64,000 bases of DNA from Lama guanicoe (GCA_013239625.1 MU057051.1:1361603-1425602); one strand, 5' to 3'. Shown: positions 37,813-51,992, numbered from the stretch's first letter. Notes: a model not told the origin generated them from the letters alone. Translations and numbers: made by a program.

Positions 37813-38284
37813 TGTGAAGTTAAATTCATATTTTATGGCAAGACAAGAAAAATGTAAACATAAAAAATTTGTCCCTGCCCTTCGGCCTCGTCTCTCCCCA
37901 CTACTGTGCATTGTATACGTGCATTATACATCGACCAAACCTCCCCCAGCGGCAGCAGTGCCTGCCCAGCCACCAACTGTACCACTCCCCTGGCATCAGT
38001 AAGACAACTCCTTAGAAGATAACATTGCTTCTTGATCCTGTAAGGGGTCCCATGATCCACCATGATGATGCTCAGATCTGGATTGTGTAGAATGTCAGTA
38101 ATACGTCATTTCATGTACAGCCCTCTGTCTCAAAAACCTTACCTAACTGTGCCTGGATTTCCAATGGGCAGAACAGTTCTCAGAGCTTTCTGAGAGGCTC
38201 TTCCCAGGTTGTAATCCTCAAATGCAGCTCAAATAAAATTTTTCATTAATTTCTTAGGTCAACTGATTAATTTTTTTGTGGACG
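37813..38284 (+). mobile_element. Solo ERV1-type LTR (MER41/MER34-like)
   Basis: ctgagaggctcttcccaggttgtaatcctc...aataaaa...gtggac(g) end. Near-TSD catg/tatg. 3' part resembles the reverse complement of 49398-49500. Confidence 0.7.
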
Positions 38285-39989
38285 TATGTATTATCCTCTT
38301 CCCAGCTCCCCACCCTGCCCCAACTTCGGCACGAAATATATATGAATTAAAATAAGTAAAGTAATTTATTTTTACACAGAGAAATCTGACAAAAACAATA
38401 GTGGTTGTACTGAGGGGGAACGAAGAAAAGAAAATATTTCAGCAGGTCACGTTCAAGGTGATGATAAGTTCTGAAAGTAAGGAGAGGCTGCCAAGCCCGG
38501 ACAGCATGTTAATGTAATGTGTACCGGGGCTCCTGCTCTGGTTTTAGCACCAACTGTTAGCATTCCGTCATCCTCCACTCTCTTTGGCACTGTGTAGCAG
38601 CTGCTGCTTAAATCCTGTATGATAGTAAGCATTCCAAACACAGAACTCTGTGCAGTTTTAACCCCAACTTGCCCCATCTGAGGTCTCTGCCACTAGGCTC
38701 TCACAGGTGTCTATGGCGGCCTAAGTCCTAGGAAGGCCTTTGCAGCATTTCTGTTCTCATACTTCTACTGGCATAAAATGCAGGCACAGCTGGTAATTTC
38801 CTATTTTCATGTGACCTGACTTGAATGTAATTTCTGTATAAACAGAAGGAGTGAACTATTACAAGATCCACCTCTAACCTTAGGAAAGAAGAGGAGGATT
38901 TACCCTATTCTTTTCTTGCAACTTCATACACAAGCACACAAAACAGGTACCCGAATGGCACAGTTTAGGAAAGTGTATCAAATGAGAAATTGGTATCATG
39001 GTGGGACAGGAAGGAAGGAAGGCTAGCAATACTACTAGGATTAGTGAGAGCATGAATGCTGAGAGGACATTAGAATTGAAAGGAAGAAAAGTTCTGTGTT
39101 AGCATGATAGTGTCTTATGTTTTCAGAAAGATGTAGGCATTTCTATTTTATTACATTGGTTATCTTTCTTGAGTTTTATCTTTAAGATAGGGGTCTAAAT
39201 TTTTTTAAGTGATTAAACAGTTTTTATTCTCTTTGAGAACAGAGGAATTTGAGTTTTAAATGAACAATATTTCCAATATGTTAAAAGTTAACTACATCCC
39301 ATGTTCAATATTTTCTTAAATAACAATTGTATGTAACAGGCCATTCTGAAGTATAATAAATGATGTCTTCTAAATTCTAATAATGGCTGGCATTACTTAT
39401 GACCCTTTCTGTAGCAATAGCCAATAAAAAAGATCATATTTTCAGTATATACATATCATTTTGAAGACCCTAACATTCAGAAGTGAGTCAATTTATTTAA
39501 TTTATAGGAATATGAAAACCATTCTAGGAATAACATTTTATGATTCTTCTCTCATCAATATCTGATACTCTAAATTTTCTTTTTAAGCATCTCCATTTTC
39601 CATTGTCATGTCTGAATTAGTTTTATTATTGTATTTTACCTATTTCAATGTCTACTTCTTTTCTTTAATAAATGAATTCATGTGTTGAAGTCAAACCCTT
39701 AAGATTTAAAACACACTTTAATTATCATATATCATGTCATTAAGAAAAATCAGATATAGCTCTCTCTAATAAGAATTATGTTTACATTTATCTCATCATT
39801 AAATCTGACATTAAAAATAATCTTTTAAGAGCCATAGAAATGGAAATAACATACAAACAATTGACTGTATTCTTATCTTATTATTTAAAAATTTTTAACT
39901 ATTTAAATAATGTTACAACTGTATTTCCAACATTCCCTCTGCTTATTTTACTTAAGAAAACAATGTTACCCATTAAAAAATGTACGTGT

Positions 39990-40085
39990 TGGGGGAGGGT
40001 ATGGCTCAGTGATAGAGTGTGTGCTTCACATGCACGAGGTCCTGGGTTCAATCCCTGGTACCTCCATTTAAAAAAAAATTTAAAA
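39990..40085 (+). mobile_element. tRNA-derived SINE (Vic-1-like)
   Basis: gggagggtatggctcagtgatagagtgtgtgcttcacatgcacgaggtcctgggttcaatccc plus A tail. Confidence 0.92.
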
Positions 40086-41832
40086 TTACCTGTAATAGAA
40101 CCTATACATAAATAAATATGCATAAAATGAATACACATACATATGCTTATCAGCAGACAAAACTGTAAAATGACTCTGTAAAACTTCTAGAATTAAAAAT
40201 GCTTCAAATATAGTGATCAGAAAATTATCAGAGCTTTCTTTAGAGAACAGTGTAGTTAATTACAGATAAACCCTGACTGATCGATTAAGTCCACAAAAAT
40301 TTTCTTCTGGTTTTTCATTCATCATTTATGTTTTCCCATTAACCATTTTATAACAAATCAGAAAAATAAATCCAGTTTGTTAAGATCCCAGTATTATGCG
40401 CATTTACGTGTCTTATTTAGCCCCCAGACAAAAGACTCACACAGTTGCCTTCTATTTGAATGGATATGGAGAGAAATAAAAGAGAAAGAGAAATAAAGCT
40501 TTGTATAAACTTACTACACATCAATCAATCAAACCAGTGGAATCTTAAAGAACAAATAAATGAAAGAAGAAAACAGTGGGAGCATTTGATCAAGATGGCT
40601 TTGGGAAGAGCAGAGGCCATAAATTAAAAAAATAAAACCTTAAAAAAAAAAGAAATATGACTTTGTTTCATAAATATCATCTAAAAAGTTAGTTTATGGT
40701 TCATGATTAAATATTTGACACTCATAAAGAAACTGCATGATATGCTTTTGAATCACTGTATATTGTTGATTGCATTAAACCTTTAAGTTTTCATTCCCGT
40801 AATTCTATTTATTTATTTTTTGAGCATCTGAAACCCTTTGCTGGAAGAGCATTGCTATTTACTATCCATAATTATTTTTAATTCTCACCCATTCATTCAA
40901 TTACTTTTTTTTTCCCTTCGAGTAGTTTATCTTAATTTATCATCTTCACTCTTCTCAAACTACATTTTGTACTGTCCGTTATAAATTTTGTATTTCTGTA
41001 GACTAAATAAAATTATTCTTGCCCTAGTAACCTAAATATGTTACAAGATTAGATATTACTAAATGTGTTTCAGAATTTGTAGGATGTGATATCAGAGACA
41101 GAAATTGATACCAAGGTTTAAGATTTTCAGTGGAAAGTTTTATGACACTATATTCTGGTCCCAATTTATGGCATAGAAACTTAGAGAAAAATAACCCAAT
41201 ACATATGCAGATCAACAAATAACCAGGCCTGACATATACACCTTATTTCTTGTGAACGTGTCTCATCTCCTTTATTAGATGATTAGCCTTTCAAGGACAG
41301 AGGCAAAATAATTCCCCAGCATCTAGCATATGCCTAGAAAATATTAAGAAATAAATGTTTGAGTTGTTTTGTAAGCCCAGTGAATCTTGCTGTGTATATT
41401 TATTTATCCCGAAACAAAATGTAATGCCATTTAAGATGTACAGCTACTGAGTTCTTTGCACATCCTATGAGCTCTGCACAAGTCTAACAGATCAATTACC
41501 TGCATTTTCTACTGTGACTTCCTGAGTGTGCATTTCTTCCCTCTGTCAGTCGTGGGGGTGAGGTGCTTTTGTCGCCCTTTACTTAGATTGTCTGTCCGTC
41601 TTCACAATATTTTACAAAGCAGAACATTTCTTTTAAACAATTTTTGTTCCCGACTTACCCTTTTTGCTTTTGAGGTTGTTTGACATTTCATGCTGGTAGG
41701 TAGAAAAAAGTAAAATTATTTTTAATGTGCAAATGAAATAATGGCCAACAAAAAAAAACTGTTCTCTGCATTGGATAATAGAGTTTTAATGTATTTCTGC
41801 TGTCGGGTTGGTGTATTTGTGTGATAATTTTA

Positions 41833-42268
41833 NNNNNNNNNNNNNNNNNNNNNNNNNNNNNNNNNNNNNNNNNNNNNNNNNNNNNNNNNNNNNNNNNNNN
41901 NNNNNNNNNNNNNNNNNNNNNNNNNNNNNNNNNNNNNNNNNNNNNNNNNNNNNNNNNNNNNNNNNNNNNNNNNNNNNNNNNNNNNNNNNNNNNNNNNNNN
42001 NNNNNNNNNNNNNNNNNNNNNNNNNNNNNNNNNNNNNNNNNNNNNNNNNNNNNNNNNNNNNNNNNNNNNNNNNNNNNNNNNNNNNNNNNNNNNNNNNNNN
42101 NNNNNNNNNNNNNNNNNNNNNNNNNNNNNNNNNNNNNNNNNNNNNNNNNNNNNNNNNNNNNNNNNNNNNNNNNNNNNNNNNNNNNNNNNNNNNNNNNNNN
42201 NNNNNNNNNNNNNNNNNNNNNNNNNNNNNNNNNNNNNNNNNNNNNNNNNNNNNNNNNNNNNNNNNNNN
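41833..42268. other. N-gap
   Basis: Run of n. Confidence 1.
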
Positions 42269-44094
42269 ATTTTAATGCTTATCACAGCAAATACAGACAG
42301 TAACATTAAACAGTGACTTGACAAGAGATAAGTAAATTATCTTTTTTTTTTAAATCTTGATGAGTCATGTTTAGCAATCACCACTATGCATTTTATAGTT
42401 CCACAAGAAATTAAAAGAAGTGTATTGGATTATTATGATCATCATCTCTTAAGATGGTTAATTATAAAACCTATACAAACATCAGCCATATAACCTCAAA
42501 TGTTAATTTTAAAGGAAAGAATGAAGAAAGTTATTTCAATGTTTTGGATGCTGAACTACTTGGTAGCTTTTTGTGTCTGGGCTTCTCAATAGGAGGGACA
42601 AAATTCCTGCTCAGAAAATCATCTCTGGGTGACAAGCCTGGAATGAACCAGATGGATCATGTTGTGTGAAACCAATGGCTCCTTACAAGAATCCTATCTG
42701 CTTGCTGCACACAAGACAGCCACATCGTCCTCGTGAGGTCTGACGCCACCGTCCTCGCTGGAGCATCCCACAGAAGTTACATAGCTGTAAACTTTCTTAG
42801 GGGAGAAAATTTAATTTCTCTACCCAAAGGAGCTAAATCCATGGCAGAATGTTATCTTCATAGGATCACACAGTTGATTGAGTGAGGACTATAGTCCTCC
42901 GAGAATGCCTGGAGAAAGTTTAGTTTAAAAACAATTAATAAGGACAGAAAGGGAGGCGAGAGAAACAAGACAAGCTTCCTTTCAAGTAGGATCATTTACA
43001 TAAAACATTAAACCTGATAAAGGTTTCTGTCAGTGTGTGGGAGGGTCTGTATTTCTTTAGTTATCCACATCCAGAATGAATTAATTTGACACTAATTGCA
43101 GCAGGATTAAATTTATTCAATCTCCATAGACTACTCCTTGACTATTAAAATTAAATGAAGATAAAAATGAATTATTCTTTCCTAGATCAAAAATTAAACA
43201 CCGAACCAATTTATGAGGATGTGGGGGAAGATGGGCAGGGAAGACCACAGCCTGTGAGGGTGTTTTTTTCCCCCTAAAAATAGATCGAAATGAGGAGCTT
43301 ATTTTTGGATAGATTTATTAATTTAACAAAAAGATTCCTTATTTAGGAGACCTCTGGGATACCTTTAGAAAATAGACCCTAGGTATAAGAATCTGAAAAT
43401 AGATACATTTTTATTAATACTTTAAAATAGGTTGCTATACCAAGAAATTGGTTTGCTGGAGAATGGCTTTTTTAGTAGTTAAAAAAAATGAATTAAGATC
43501 AAAAAGAAGAACAAATTTCAAGTGATTTCATTTCTGCTTGTGTCCTCTGTACATCCAAGTCAAAGAAAGAACTGCAGCAAAACTATTACAAGAAGAGATG
43601 GTCTCATAAACTAAACTTTGAAGGAACTCCTCATTTTCAAAATGGTCCTTAAACAAAAATTATAAATTCAAGGCAATTCCTGAGACTCCCTGAAACTCTC
43701 ATCTTTTTCTTCTTTATTGTTGCCTGTTTCCTAGTCTTAGAGAATGCATGTTGCGGATGCCCACACAGATATCTACACATTCCATGGTCAAGTTGGAATT
43801 TTAAAGGAAATCTGCTGATTCTGAATTCAAGGCTCTATCTCCTGTGTTGTGCAAACCTGCAAACTGTAAATACCAATATCCCTCATAAATATTCAGATTT
43901 TTTTAAGTATCTTTCCTATCACCTGGCATGGATTTTATGTATGTGTTTGGAGTATCTTCTTCTTTAATGCCACTTTTTAAAAGATAGATGATAACCTGTA
44001 AGATGTGTGATTTTCAGATATTTGTACTTAAACATCCACTAAACATTTTAGTGAATTCTTAAAATTTAATGAAGTAACAAGCCCTGATTCTGGC

Positions 44095-44260
44095 AAAATG
44101 CTAACAAATTAGGTAAAATGAGTCTTTGGTACCTTATAAATACTGACAAGGAAACTGAAGTTCTAGGGGACAGAGGTTACTTGCCCAAGGTCACAGAGAA
44201 TATAGCAAAGTAAGGACTAGACCGCCTTTGGTGATCCCAACCCCATCTTAACCTTCCATG
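44095..44260 (-). mobile_element. MIR fragment
   Basis: aaggaaactgaag...ttacttgcccaaggtcacag. Confidence 0.75.
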
Positions 44261-45303
44261 TTAGCATCAGTTTTAGGTGTTAAGCCATTCTATGAAAAAT
44301 AACTGCATTCTAACATGAATCAGTGTCATAAGCTAATTAAGGAAAGACTAATAATACAATCTCAGGCATGAGTCATCTTATTGATTCAGATTCACCACCA
44401 CACTCTCTCGTATCCCAAACTACACACGAGGAGTATTAGATACAATATTTGTAAATAGTGCCTGGGTAAGTTCATTAGAGATGGAATAGTGTCTCACATT
44501 TATATATACATAAAGTTCCTCGTGTTAACAGGTAATCTGCTGAAGAGTTGGTACTCTAGAATTTCAGAGATGAAGGATCTTTTAAAGATGATAATTCCTG
44601 CTAACTTTCTGCCATTTGATCTCTCCCCATTCTATAAATACCTGAAATTAGACAGTGTTCTTTCTTTTAGTAAGTATAATTTGATGCCTTAGCAATTATA
44701 TTAAAAGAAAAGTAAGTATTACAAGGGAGCCGTGCAAAAGAAAAATAATGTTACAATATTATATTTTCTCCTCAAGTGTACTGAAAATGATTAAAAAGAA
44801 TTGAATTAGTACATTTTACTTATTTACAGAGTTCCAGTGTTTCAAACTACAAGTAATCACCCAGATTCTCTCAGTTGAATTAGTTACTTTTAGGAGCTTA
44901 AGCATTTTGGTAAATACATTTGTAGAACATTTAGCCCGTTGCAATAGTGAATTAAATGTTACCACCTTTTAGTTTTTATATTTGTATTAAATAAAAATGC
45001 ATTTGCCTTACATAGAGCCATGTTAGCACTTTGTTTTGTTAAATAGAATGAAATTCCCAGTTGACCCAACAATTATTTGTATATTTTGAAATGTACTTTC
45101 TTTTTTGAAACAAGTAAAATTATACTTTGACTCGACAGATGCAGAATAAATTATTAATGCTTTAGTGAATGACGGTGCTGTACCCAACTTTGTGTTACTC
45201 TGGGTGCAGCTACTGTAACTGGCTGCAGGACAGTTCACTCTAGTTAATCAATTCTCATTGATATTTACCCAGCCCAGAAAGAATTTAAAAAGCATTATCA
45301 CTG

Positions 45304-45874
45304 TGTTACCGAGCTCAGGTCTGGCTGCTTGCTGCTCCAAAATCAGAACTCAAGAAGCAAGTGTTGGTAGAAATGGAAAATGTCGCTTTTAATCAGAAAG
45401 CTAGCCATCTGGGGACAAGGTGGACTCGTGTCCCCAAAACCAACTCTGAACAGTCTTCTTGGCCATGAAAGTTTTTAAAAGAAAAGGGAATTAATCTCAG
45501 TCGGGGATGGGAGATCAAACTCATAGTCATTTCCCACTACATGCAGGCTTGTCTGCTCCTTGTGATCTTTCTTTAGATGAGATCTCGTTCACAGTTTGTT
45601 TGCAAGATTACTAAAGGGGAAGCTAGGGAAGAGATCTGGTCATCTGTTAATTCTTCATTTTTACTTTTTTGATCTAGGAAAGAACCAACAGGTTAGGCGA
45701 GGTATTGTGTGATCAAAAGATTTGAAATTTGTACGTGGATGTGGACGGGAGATGAGTAGAGCGTGAGGGGTGCCTGGTTTAAGGTTAGTTACAATGTAGC
45801 TTTGCTGAAGTGACAAGACAAAAGGGACCTTCTGCAGAGAGCTCTTTTATGCAAAAAGCTCTTTCCTGCCAACA
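45304..45874 (-). mobile_element. Solo ERV1-type LTR
   Basis: tgttaccgag...cctgccaaca termini, near-TSD actg/gctg. Confidence 0.8.
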
Positions 45875-46302
45875 GCTGCTTACGACTGTTAAAATCATCA
45901 TTACCAACATCATCAACCCAACACTCTTTTTCTTAAATTGGAGGCTACTTCTTATTTATGTATTTCTAAATGTAGATGGTCATACTGCTACTAACATTCT
46001 AACATTTCACATCTTAAAAGAGAAGGAAGAGTGAAATCTCCTTCCCTCTTCAAAATTAATCTTAAGTAATAAACAGCATGGTAGTACTATGGCTCATACT
46101 TTCGCAAAAGCATTAATTAATAAGTGGAGTGATTTTTTTTTTAGCAAACCTCTCTTCATGGTGGGTGGATCTCTCTCCATCCTCTTCTTTCCAAATGACA
46201 ACCATGATCTCCAATCTATTTGTTGCTATGATTCTGCCCCATTTTGTGCTTTAATATTATAAAATGTATACCATCAGATAGTTTAAAACTCATACTTGTC
46301 AT

Positions 46303-47073
46303 TTCTTTTTGTTTGGTTGATTTTTTTGTTTGTTTTGAGGGTTTTGTTTTGTTTTTTTAACTGAAGTACAGTCAGTTACAGTGTGTCAATCTCTGGTGTA
46401 CAGCACAATGTCCCAGCCATGCATATACATGCATATATTCATTTTCATATTTTTTTAATTAAAGGCAATCACAAAACACTGAATATAGTTCCCTGTGTTA
46501 TACAGAAGAAATTTGTTTTTTATCTTTTTTTATATATAGTGGTTAACCTTTGCAAATCTCAAACTCCCAAATTTATTCCTTCCCACTCTTTCCCCCAGTA
46601 ACCATAAAATTGTTTACTATGTCTGCATATCTGTTTCTGTTTTGTAGATNNNNNNNNNNNNNNNNNNNNNNNNNNNNNNNNNNNNNNNNNNNNNNNNNNN
46701 NNNNNNNNNNNNNNNNNNNNNNNNNNNNNNNNNNNNNNNNNNNNNNNNNNNNNNNNNNNNNNNNNNNNNNNNNNNNNNNNNNNNNNNNNNNNNNNNNNNN
46801 NNNNNNNNNNNNNNNNNNNNNNNNNNNNNNNNNNNNNNNNNNNNNNNNNNNNNNNNNNNCTTCCTTATCCAGTCATCTGTCTATGGACATTCAGGTTGAT
46901 TCCATGCCTTGGCTACTGTAAATAGTGCTGCTGTGATCATTGGGGTGCATGTATCTTTTTGAATTAGAGTTCCCTCTGGATATATGCCCAGGAGTGGGAT
47001 TGCTTGATCATATGGTAAGTGTATGTTTTAGTTTTTTAAGGAATCTCCATACTGTTTTCCATAATGGCTGCAC
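46303..47073 (-). mobile_element. Young L1 3' end (contains N-gap)
   Basis: T-rich tail, ctgaagtacagtcagttacagtgtgtcaat...; atatgcccaggagtgggattgct...ctccatactgttttccataatggctgcac. Confidence 0.92.
46650..46859. other. N-gap inside L1
   Basis: Run of n. Confidence 1.
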
Positions 47074-48384
47074 GTATTTATCATTTCTTATATGACACTG
47101 CAGTAACGTCTTCATAGAAGACTTGAATATTGGCTCCAAGCCTGGTTCACAGTATTAGTTTTGATAAGCAGTCTAAGGGAGTGCTAGTCTTTCCTGAGTT
47201 CTGCTGGATGTAATGCATACCCCCTACAGTCCCCAACAAACGCAGCCATGTTTAGATGTGAACTCTTATCCTCACTTGATTTAACCCATAACCTAGCTAT
47301 TTTCTGGAATGAGCTGAATCCTTAAAACCCCATGTACTAAAATTCTCCAGTAAATAAGCCTAGTTTTCCTCTTAAATGGCCATCATCTAACTCTGCATGT
47401 GGAAATATTTCTTCGAAATGTGTGCTGTTGCTTCCCCGTACGTATCCTGTGGAATCTGGAAGCAACAGTGAGATGTAATATATGTATGCTGTCCAATTTG
47501 AATTTTCTGAAATCAGGAAGCACAAATTCTCTCTGGAACAATTTCTTTCACTGGTTCACTGTAGAAAAGAAACTTGTCACCCTGCCAAAGACAAAACTGC
47601 TCCTGGGTTTGGTTTTGAATTTTATAAAGTGAATAAGTGAAAAATATATACACATTTATTTCAGGCCCAAGTTATGAATAATTAAATGAATATATAATTG
47701 TATCCGGTTTTACCCTCAAGCTCAACCAGCAAAGACATTTTCAGCCCATGTAAAAAGGCTACTTGGTTTTTTTTTTGTTTTTTTTTTTTTCAAAAATTCT
47801 GAGTACACTGCCAAACATCACTGAATTTACATGCTCATAAGCAAGAATAACAATCTGTCTGTAAAATTATACAGTGGAGAGTGCAGCAGCCTTCAAGAGT
47901 TTTGTTTAATGTACATTATGCCATCTGAAATTTGAATTTACACAGGCTTTTTCTTAGTGTTGTAGCAAATGTCTTCTTCATCACCTCTCATCTTACCTCG
48001 GTTCAAGGTTCTGGTGGGTATGGGGAGCAGGCAGAGCACCTCTTCAGTCAGTTTTGACTGGGTGCTGTAGTTTTGATGTGTGAAGTATGACAAAGTAACA
48101 TGAATAATGACTTTTTAACTTGAAGTATAGTAGATGTACAGTGTCGTGTTCGTTTAACAGGAATAATCTTAACATGCATACGAAAGCATATATTCAAGTA
48201 AGTGGCGTCCCTCTTAAAGTTTTCCTCTTAGGACTCATCCTAATGGGCCTGTCATTGCGCAGGACACATTTCAATCTCTTCCTTTGGAGTATAATTATAA
48301 AGTAATAATTGATTGCTTTTCCATATTGCTCATTATATTGGCTCAAGTAAATTCTTAGTATTTAAAAAAAACTCCCTTTTTGCA

Positions 48385-48520
48385 GGGTAGGGTATAGCTC
48401 AGTGCTAGAGCACATGCTTAGTATGTATGCATCAGGTCCTGGATTCAATCCCCAGTACCTCTGGAAAATAAATAAATCAACCTAATTACCTTCCCCACCC
48501 CAAGAAAAGGCCTGAAAAAA
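48385..48520 (+). mobile_element. tRNA-derived SINE (Vic-1-like)
   Basis: gggtatagctcagtgctagag...ggattcaatccccagtacctc...aacctaattacc. Confidence 0.9.
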
Positions 48521-48569
48521 ATTTTTTTGATTCCTGTTTTAATCTGGCATTTAACTACTTCTTTTTGTT

Positions 48570-48978
48570 ACTGGCCGTTCACACCCACTCCTCCTCCCAC
48601 TGCTTGAGCTCCAGTCATGAAGAGAAGCATGAGGTTCCTAGAAACCTCCGTGTATTTGCATATGCCATTTTCTCTGCTCCGAAGATCCTCCTTCTGTTAC
48701 TAAGATCACCTCCTTCAGAAAGTCTTCCTTTCCTGACCCCACCTCCCACTCCTCACCCCCAATCTGTGTAGCTCCCATCTATTTAGCTGTACCTTGGAAG
48801 TACCAAGATCACCTCAGTCCACCAAATTGTTCACTGTCTTTGTTTGCCCCACTTCCTGGCTAATCTGTGAGCTCCTTGAAGGCAAACCTTGTGTCTTTTT
48901 CATGTGTACCCTCAGGTCCCAACCCTTAGGACTCACAATATTGTTCAATAAAGGTTTGTCCAATGACAGTTGGTGAAT
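48570..48978 (+). mobile_element. L2 3' end
   Basis: tttgcatatgccattttctctgc...ctgtgagctccttgaaggca...tcaataaaggtttg. Confidence 0.75.
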
Positions 48979-49397
48979 GGCTAAAAGATGTGTTGTAAGA
49001 TTTGTGAACAGATACTTGAACACGTGGGTAACCTAAGATGATAACTCTGAAGGTAATATTTCCTAATTGAGTCCTAGTCAAGTTCAAGAATTACTGGATT
49101 ATTCAGTAAATAACATTAGGTGAAATATTTTGTCAGTTTAGTAAAATCAGATTGCCTACTCCATATCATAAGCATATATATTAAATTCCAATTGGATTTA
49201 ATGTTCATATTGTTTCAAAGAATGAACTGTAGACAACTATGACTGTTTATATAATTTTAGTGTGAGGAGGGCCTATTTAAACATAACACCAAAACCAAAA
49301 TCCACAAAGGAAAAGGTTGATGCGGCTCTGAACTAATGTATCACTCTCCAAATGAAACTTTCTGCTTAGGGTCTGGAAGCCCCACTTTTTTTCCTTC

Positions 49398-49844
49398 TGT
49401 TGACTTAAAAAAAAACAGACAATGTAAAAATTGTAAGTAGAGTTTATTCAGTGTCTTACTGAGGACTGTAGCCTGGGAGACAGCCTTTCAGGTAGCCCTG
49501 AGAAAATGTTTCAAAGAGGTAAAGGGGGAGGTCAGTATATATGTGATTTTGGCAGAGGAAGTACATGCAACCAAACACACATCTTGGTACAAGGTTCATG
49601 CCAGTCACTAGGAACACATCTTAGTTAATGCTGTTAGTGCTTTTCTAAATACGGGAAGATGCAAGAATCCAGGTTCGTAAAAAATTTCTCCTGAAAAATA
49701 ACTATCTGAAGGCCTGTTCTGCCAGTTCCCTCAGAGCACAGAGTGCCTCACTCCTGATCTTTCAGGGTGTGTTAGAAGTCAGTACACTGGCTCATGATTC
49801 AATCCTTGTAGAGTTACATGGCTAGCAATATTCTTTACTTGGCA
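49398..49844 (-). mobile_element. Solo ERV1-type LTR (MER41-like)
   Basis: tgttgac...ttggca termini, tttatt poly(A) signal on minus strand, near-TSD cttc/cctc. Confidence 0.8.
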
Positions 49845-50089
49845 CCTCTGAATTATTTTCCAGTTTTAAGAGTCTAAATATCTGCCTGTTCCAGGAGCCA
49901 CATAGAAAAAAATGAGTGATTGTACCAATACACTGAAGCTTGTCTGAGAAGTTTGGAAACAGGGAAAATAGTGTCTTTATCATGCTTTATTCAGGTTAAC
50001 AACTGGACTCATTGCTTTGAGGTATTTCACCTAAACTTTGAAGGAAAAAATATTGAGAGTATTATTTGGAAATGTAACTACTACACTAT

Positions 50090-50460
50090 TTGAAAACAAG
50101 TTAGTTCTAGGTTTCTGACGTTTTGGATACTCTGTGAAGTGTGGTTTTTAACTATTAAAAACTGAGCAACCTTAATGTTCAATAAGGAATTGTTAGTGCA
50201 TAAATTATCCATAATAAAAAAAGTTGGTGTTGAAATATACTTAATGACCTGAAAAGGAGTTCGGGATGTATTTTTTAAATGAAAAGAAAAAATTAGATCA
50301 TAAACAATTATTAGGTACATTATTTTATTTTTATAAAATGTGTGCTATTTTTATGGTTATATATGTACAATAATCTGAAAGGACATACGTAAATGTGCTA
50401 ATAGTGACTATCCTTTTTGCCTTATCTGTAGTTTATTCAACAATAAGAATGGATAATTCA
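50090..50460 (+). mobile_element. L1ME-like 3' fragment
   Basis: aaaaactgagcaaccttaatgttcaataagg...aaattatccata. Confidence 0.55.
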
Positions 50461-50839
50461 TGCGATGGGGATAAAAAGACAAATAGTAGAATGGCTTACT
50501 CAAAACCAAAGCAAATACTGACCAAGCTTATTAAACAATAAAGTTATTGAAATGAAAAAGGAACTAAAGATTGCAAAAAAAAAAATCACATAATTGTATT
50601 ATGATTTCAAATGATTTTCTGCCACCCTGTGGAGAATACTACTCATTGCAGGATGTAGAACCATGAAAAATCAGTAACTGAAGATGAGATTGTTTACAGG
50701 ACCATGGTCCGAGGAGTTGTTTAGCTAAAGCTCTGTTTACCAGTTGATCAGCTTTGTTTGTTCTCTCTGCCAGCTACTTAACAAAATTAGTATAATAGGA
50801 GGAAAATAATAATTTCCAACATATATATCATTACAAGAT

Positions 50840-50990
50840 ATCAAGCACTGTTTTAATATATATGTGACTTTTCTCACAAAAACCTTATGAAGTATTATTT
50901 TCCCCCATCTTATAGATGAGACACTGAGAGTCTAACCCCCTGCCAAGAGTGAGTAAATAGTGCCAACGAAATGTAAACCCAAGAGATGCA
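50840..50990 (-). mobile_element. MIR fragment
   Basis: aaccttatgaagtatt...ccccatcttatagatgagacactgag. Confidence 0.75.
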
Positions 50991-51403
50991 TTTTGGGTTA
51001 ATGATTTAAAATTTTGAGCTTTTCCGTTCCCCTTAAGCCCCACCATTCCATAATGCATTACACAGATAGCTGACTGCTGGGCCTTTGCAGGGATTTAGTG
51101 GGTGAGATTTGAGAGGTATCATTGTATTTTCCAAACTGATCTTAGTTCACGTGTTGCTACTCAAAATGTGGCCCACTGACCTGGGCCCTTCAGAGAACTG
51201 TTACTGGTCCACAGTGAGACAGGTAGTATAGAAATTGAGAGTTAGTGTTTAGGAAACTCTATGGCAATTTTGCAGGTAATTTTATGGCTATTGACTCTAA
51301 AGATAAAATGTTGCTAATATTTTTATTTTGTCTTCCCAAAGCATGGTCCATAACTAATTAGAAATTTAAAAAAAAAAAGTTGATCCTTCCCAACATACAG
51401 TTT

Positions 51404-51992
51404 TGTAAGCAGACAGGGTAGGGGGTCCCAGATGAAGAGAACTGGATACAGCTTTTTGACAAAAGAGAAGCCATTTGGGGCCTTAAGTCATTTTGTGATC
51501 CAAGCCTGGCCGCGATGCTTGCCCCTAAACCTTGAAACAGTGTCAGTGATATAAGGAACTTAAGGGAACAAAATAAGAATCGACTGTTATCATGCAAGAA
51601 AGGAAGTAATAGCAAAGATAATAAACCAGTTGTAAAGACTCTTAGTTCTGTTTCAGTGGCAGAGATTAAACTGAAGTGCTCAACCATAAAAGGTCACCTG
51701 GAGCCTAAGGGATGACAACGTTGAGCCTTTCGACTTCAATCAACTGAAGCTTGGACTCTATCCACCTTTGCCCCAATCCTATGCAGAATTCTCTGCTGAC
51801 GCCCCTTCTTGAATAGGCATGTACCCTTAGCTTAAAAACTTCCCCAGTTTTACTGTTCAGAGAGACACTGCTTTGGTAAAGATCCTCAGTGTTCTCCTTA
51901 TTTGCTACAAGAAAATCCTTCCTTCTCCTGATGTTTGGCTTGGTTGTCTTTCGGTTTGACATCCAAGAGGTGAACCTAGTTTTCAGGTAACA
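51404..51992 (+). mobile_element. Solo ERV1-type LTR just upstream of the BNIP2 promoter
   Basis: TG...CA termini with perfect 4-bp TSD GTTT (51400-51403 and 51993-51996). 4-bp TSDs are typical of ERV1-class integrases. Confidence 0.9.

Noticed and set aside
35299-51992. The two same-family LTRs as the ends of a single provirus
   Set aside because: Each has its own different TSD, they are substantially diverged, and the 15.5 kb between them is not retroviral.
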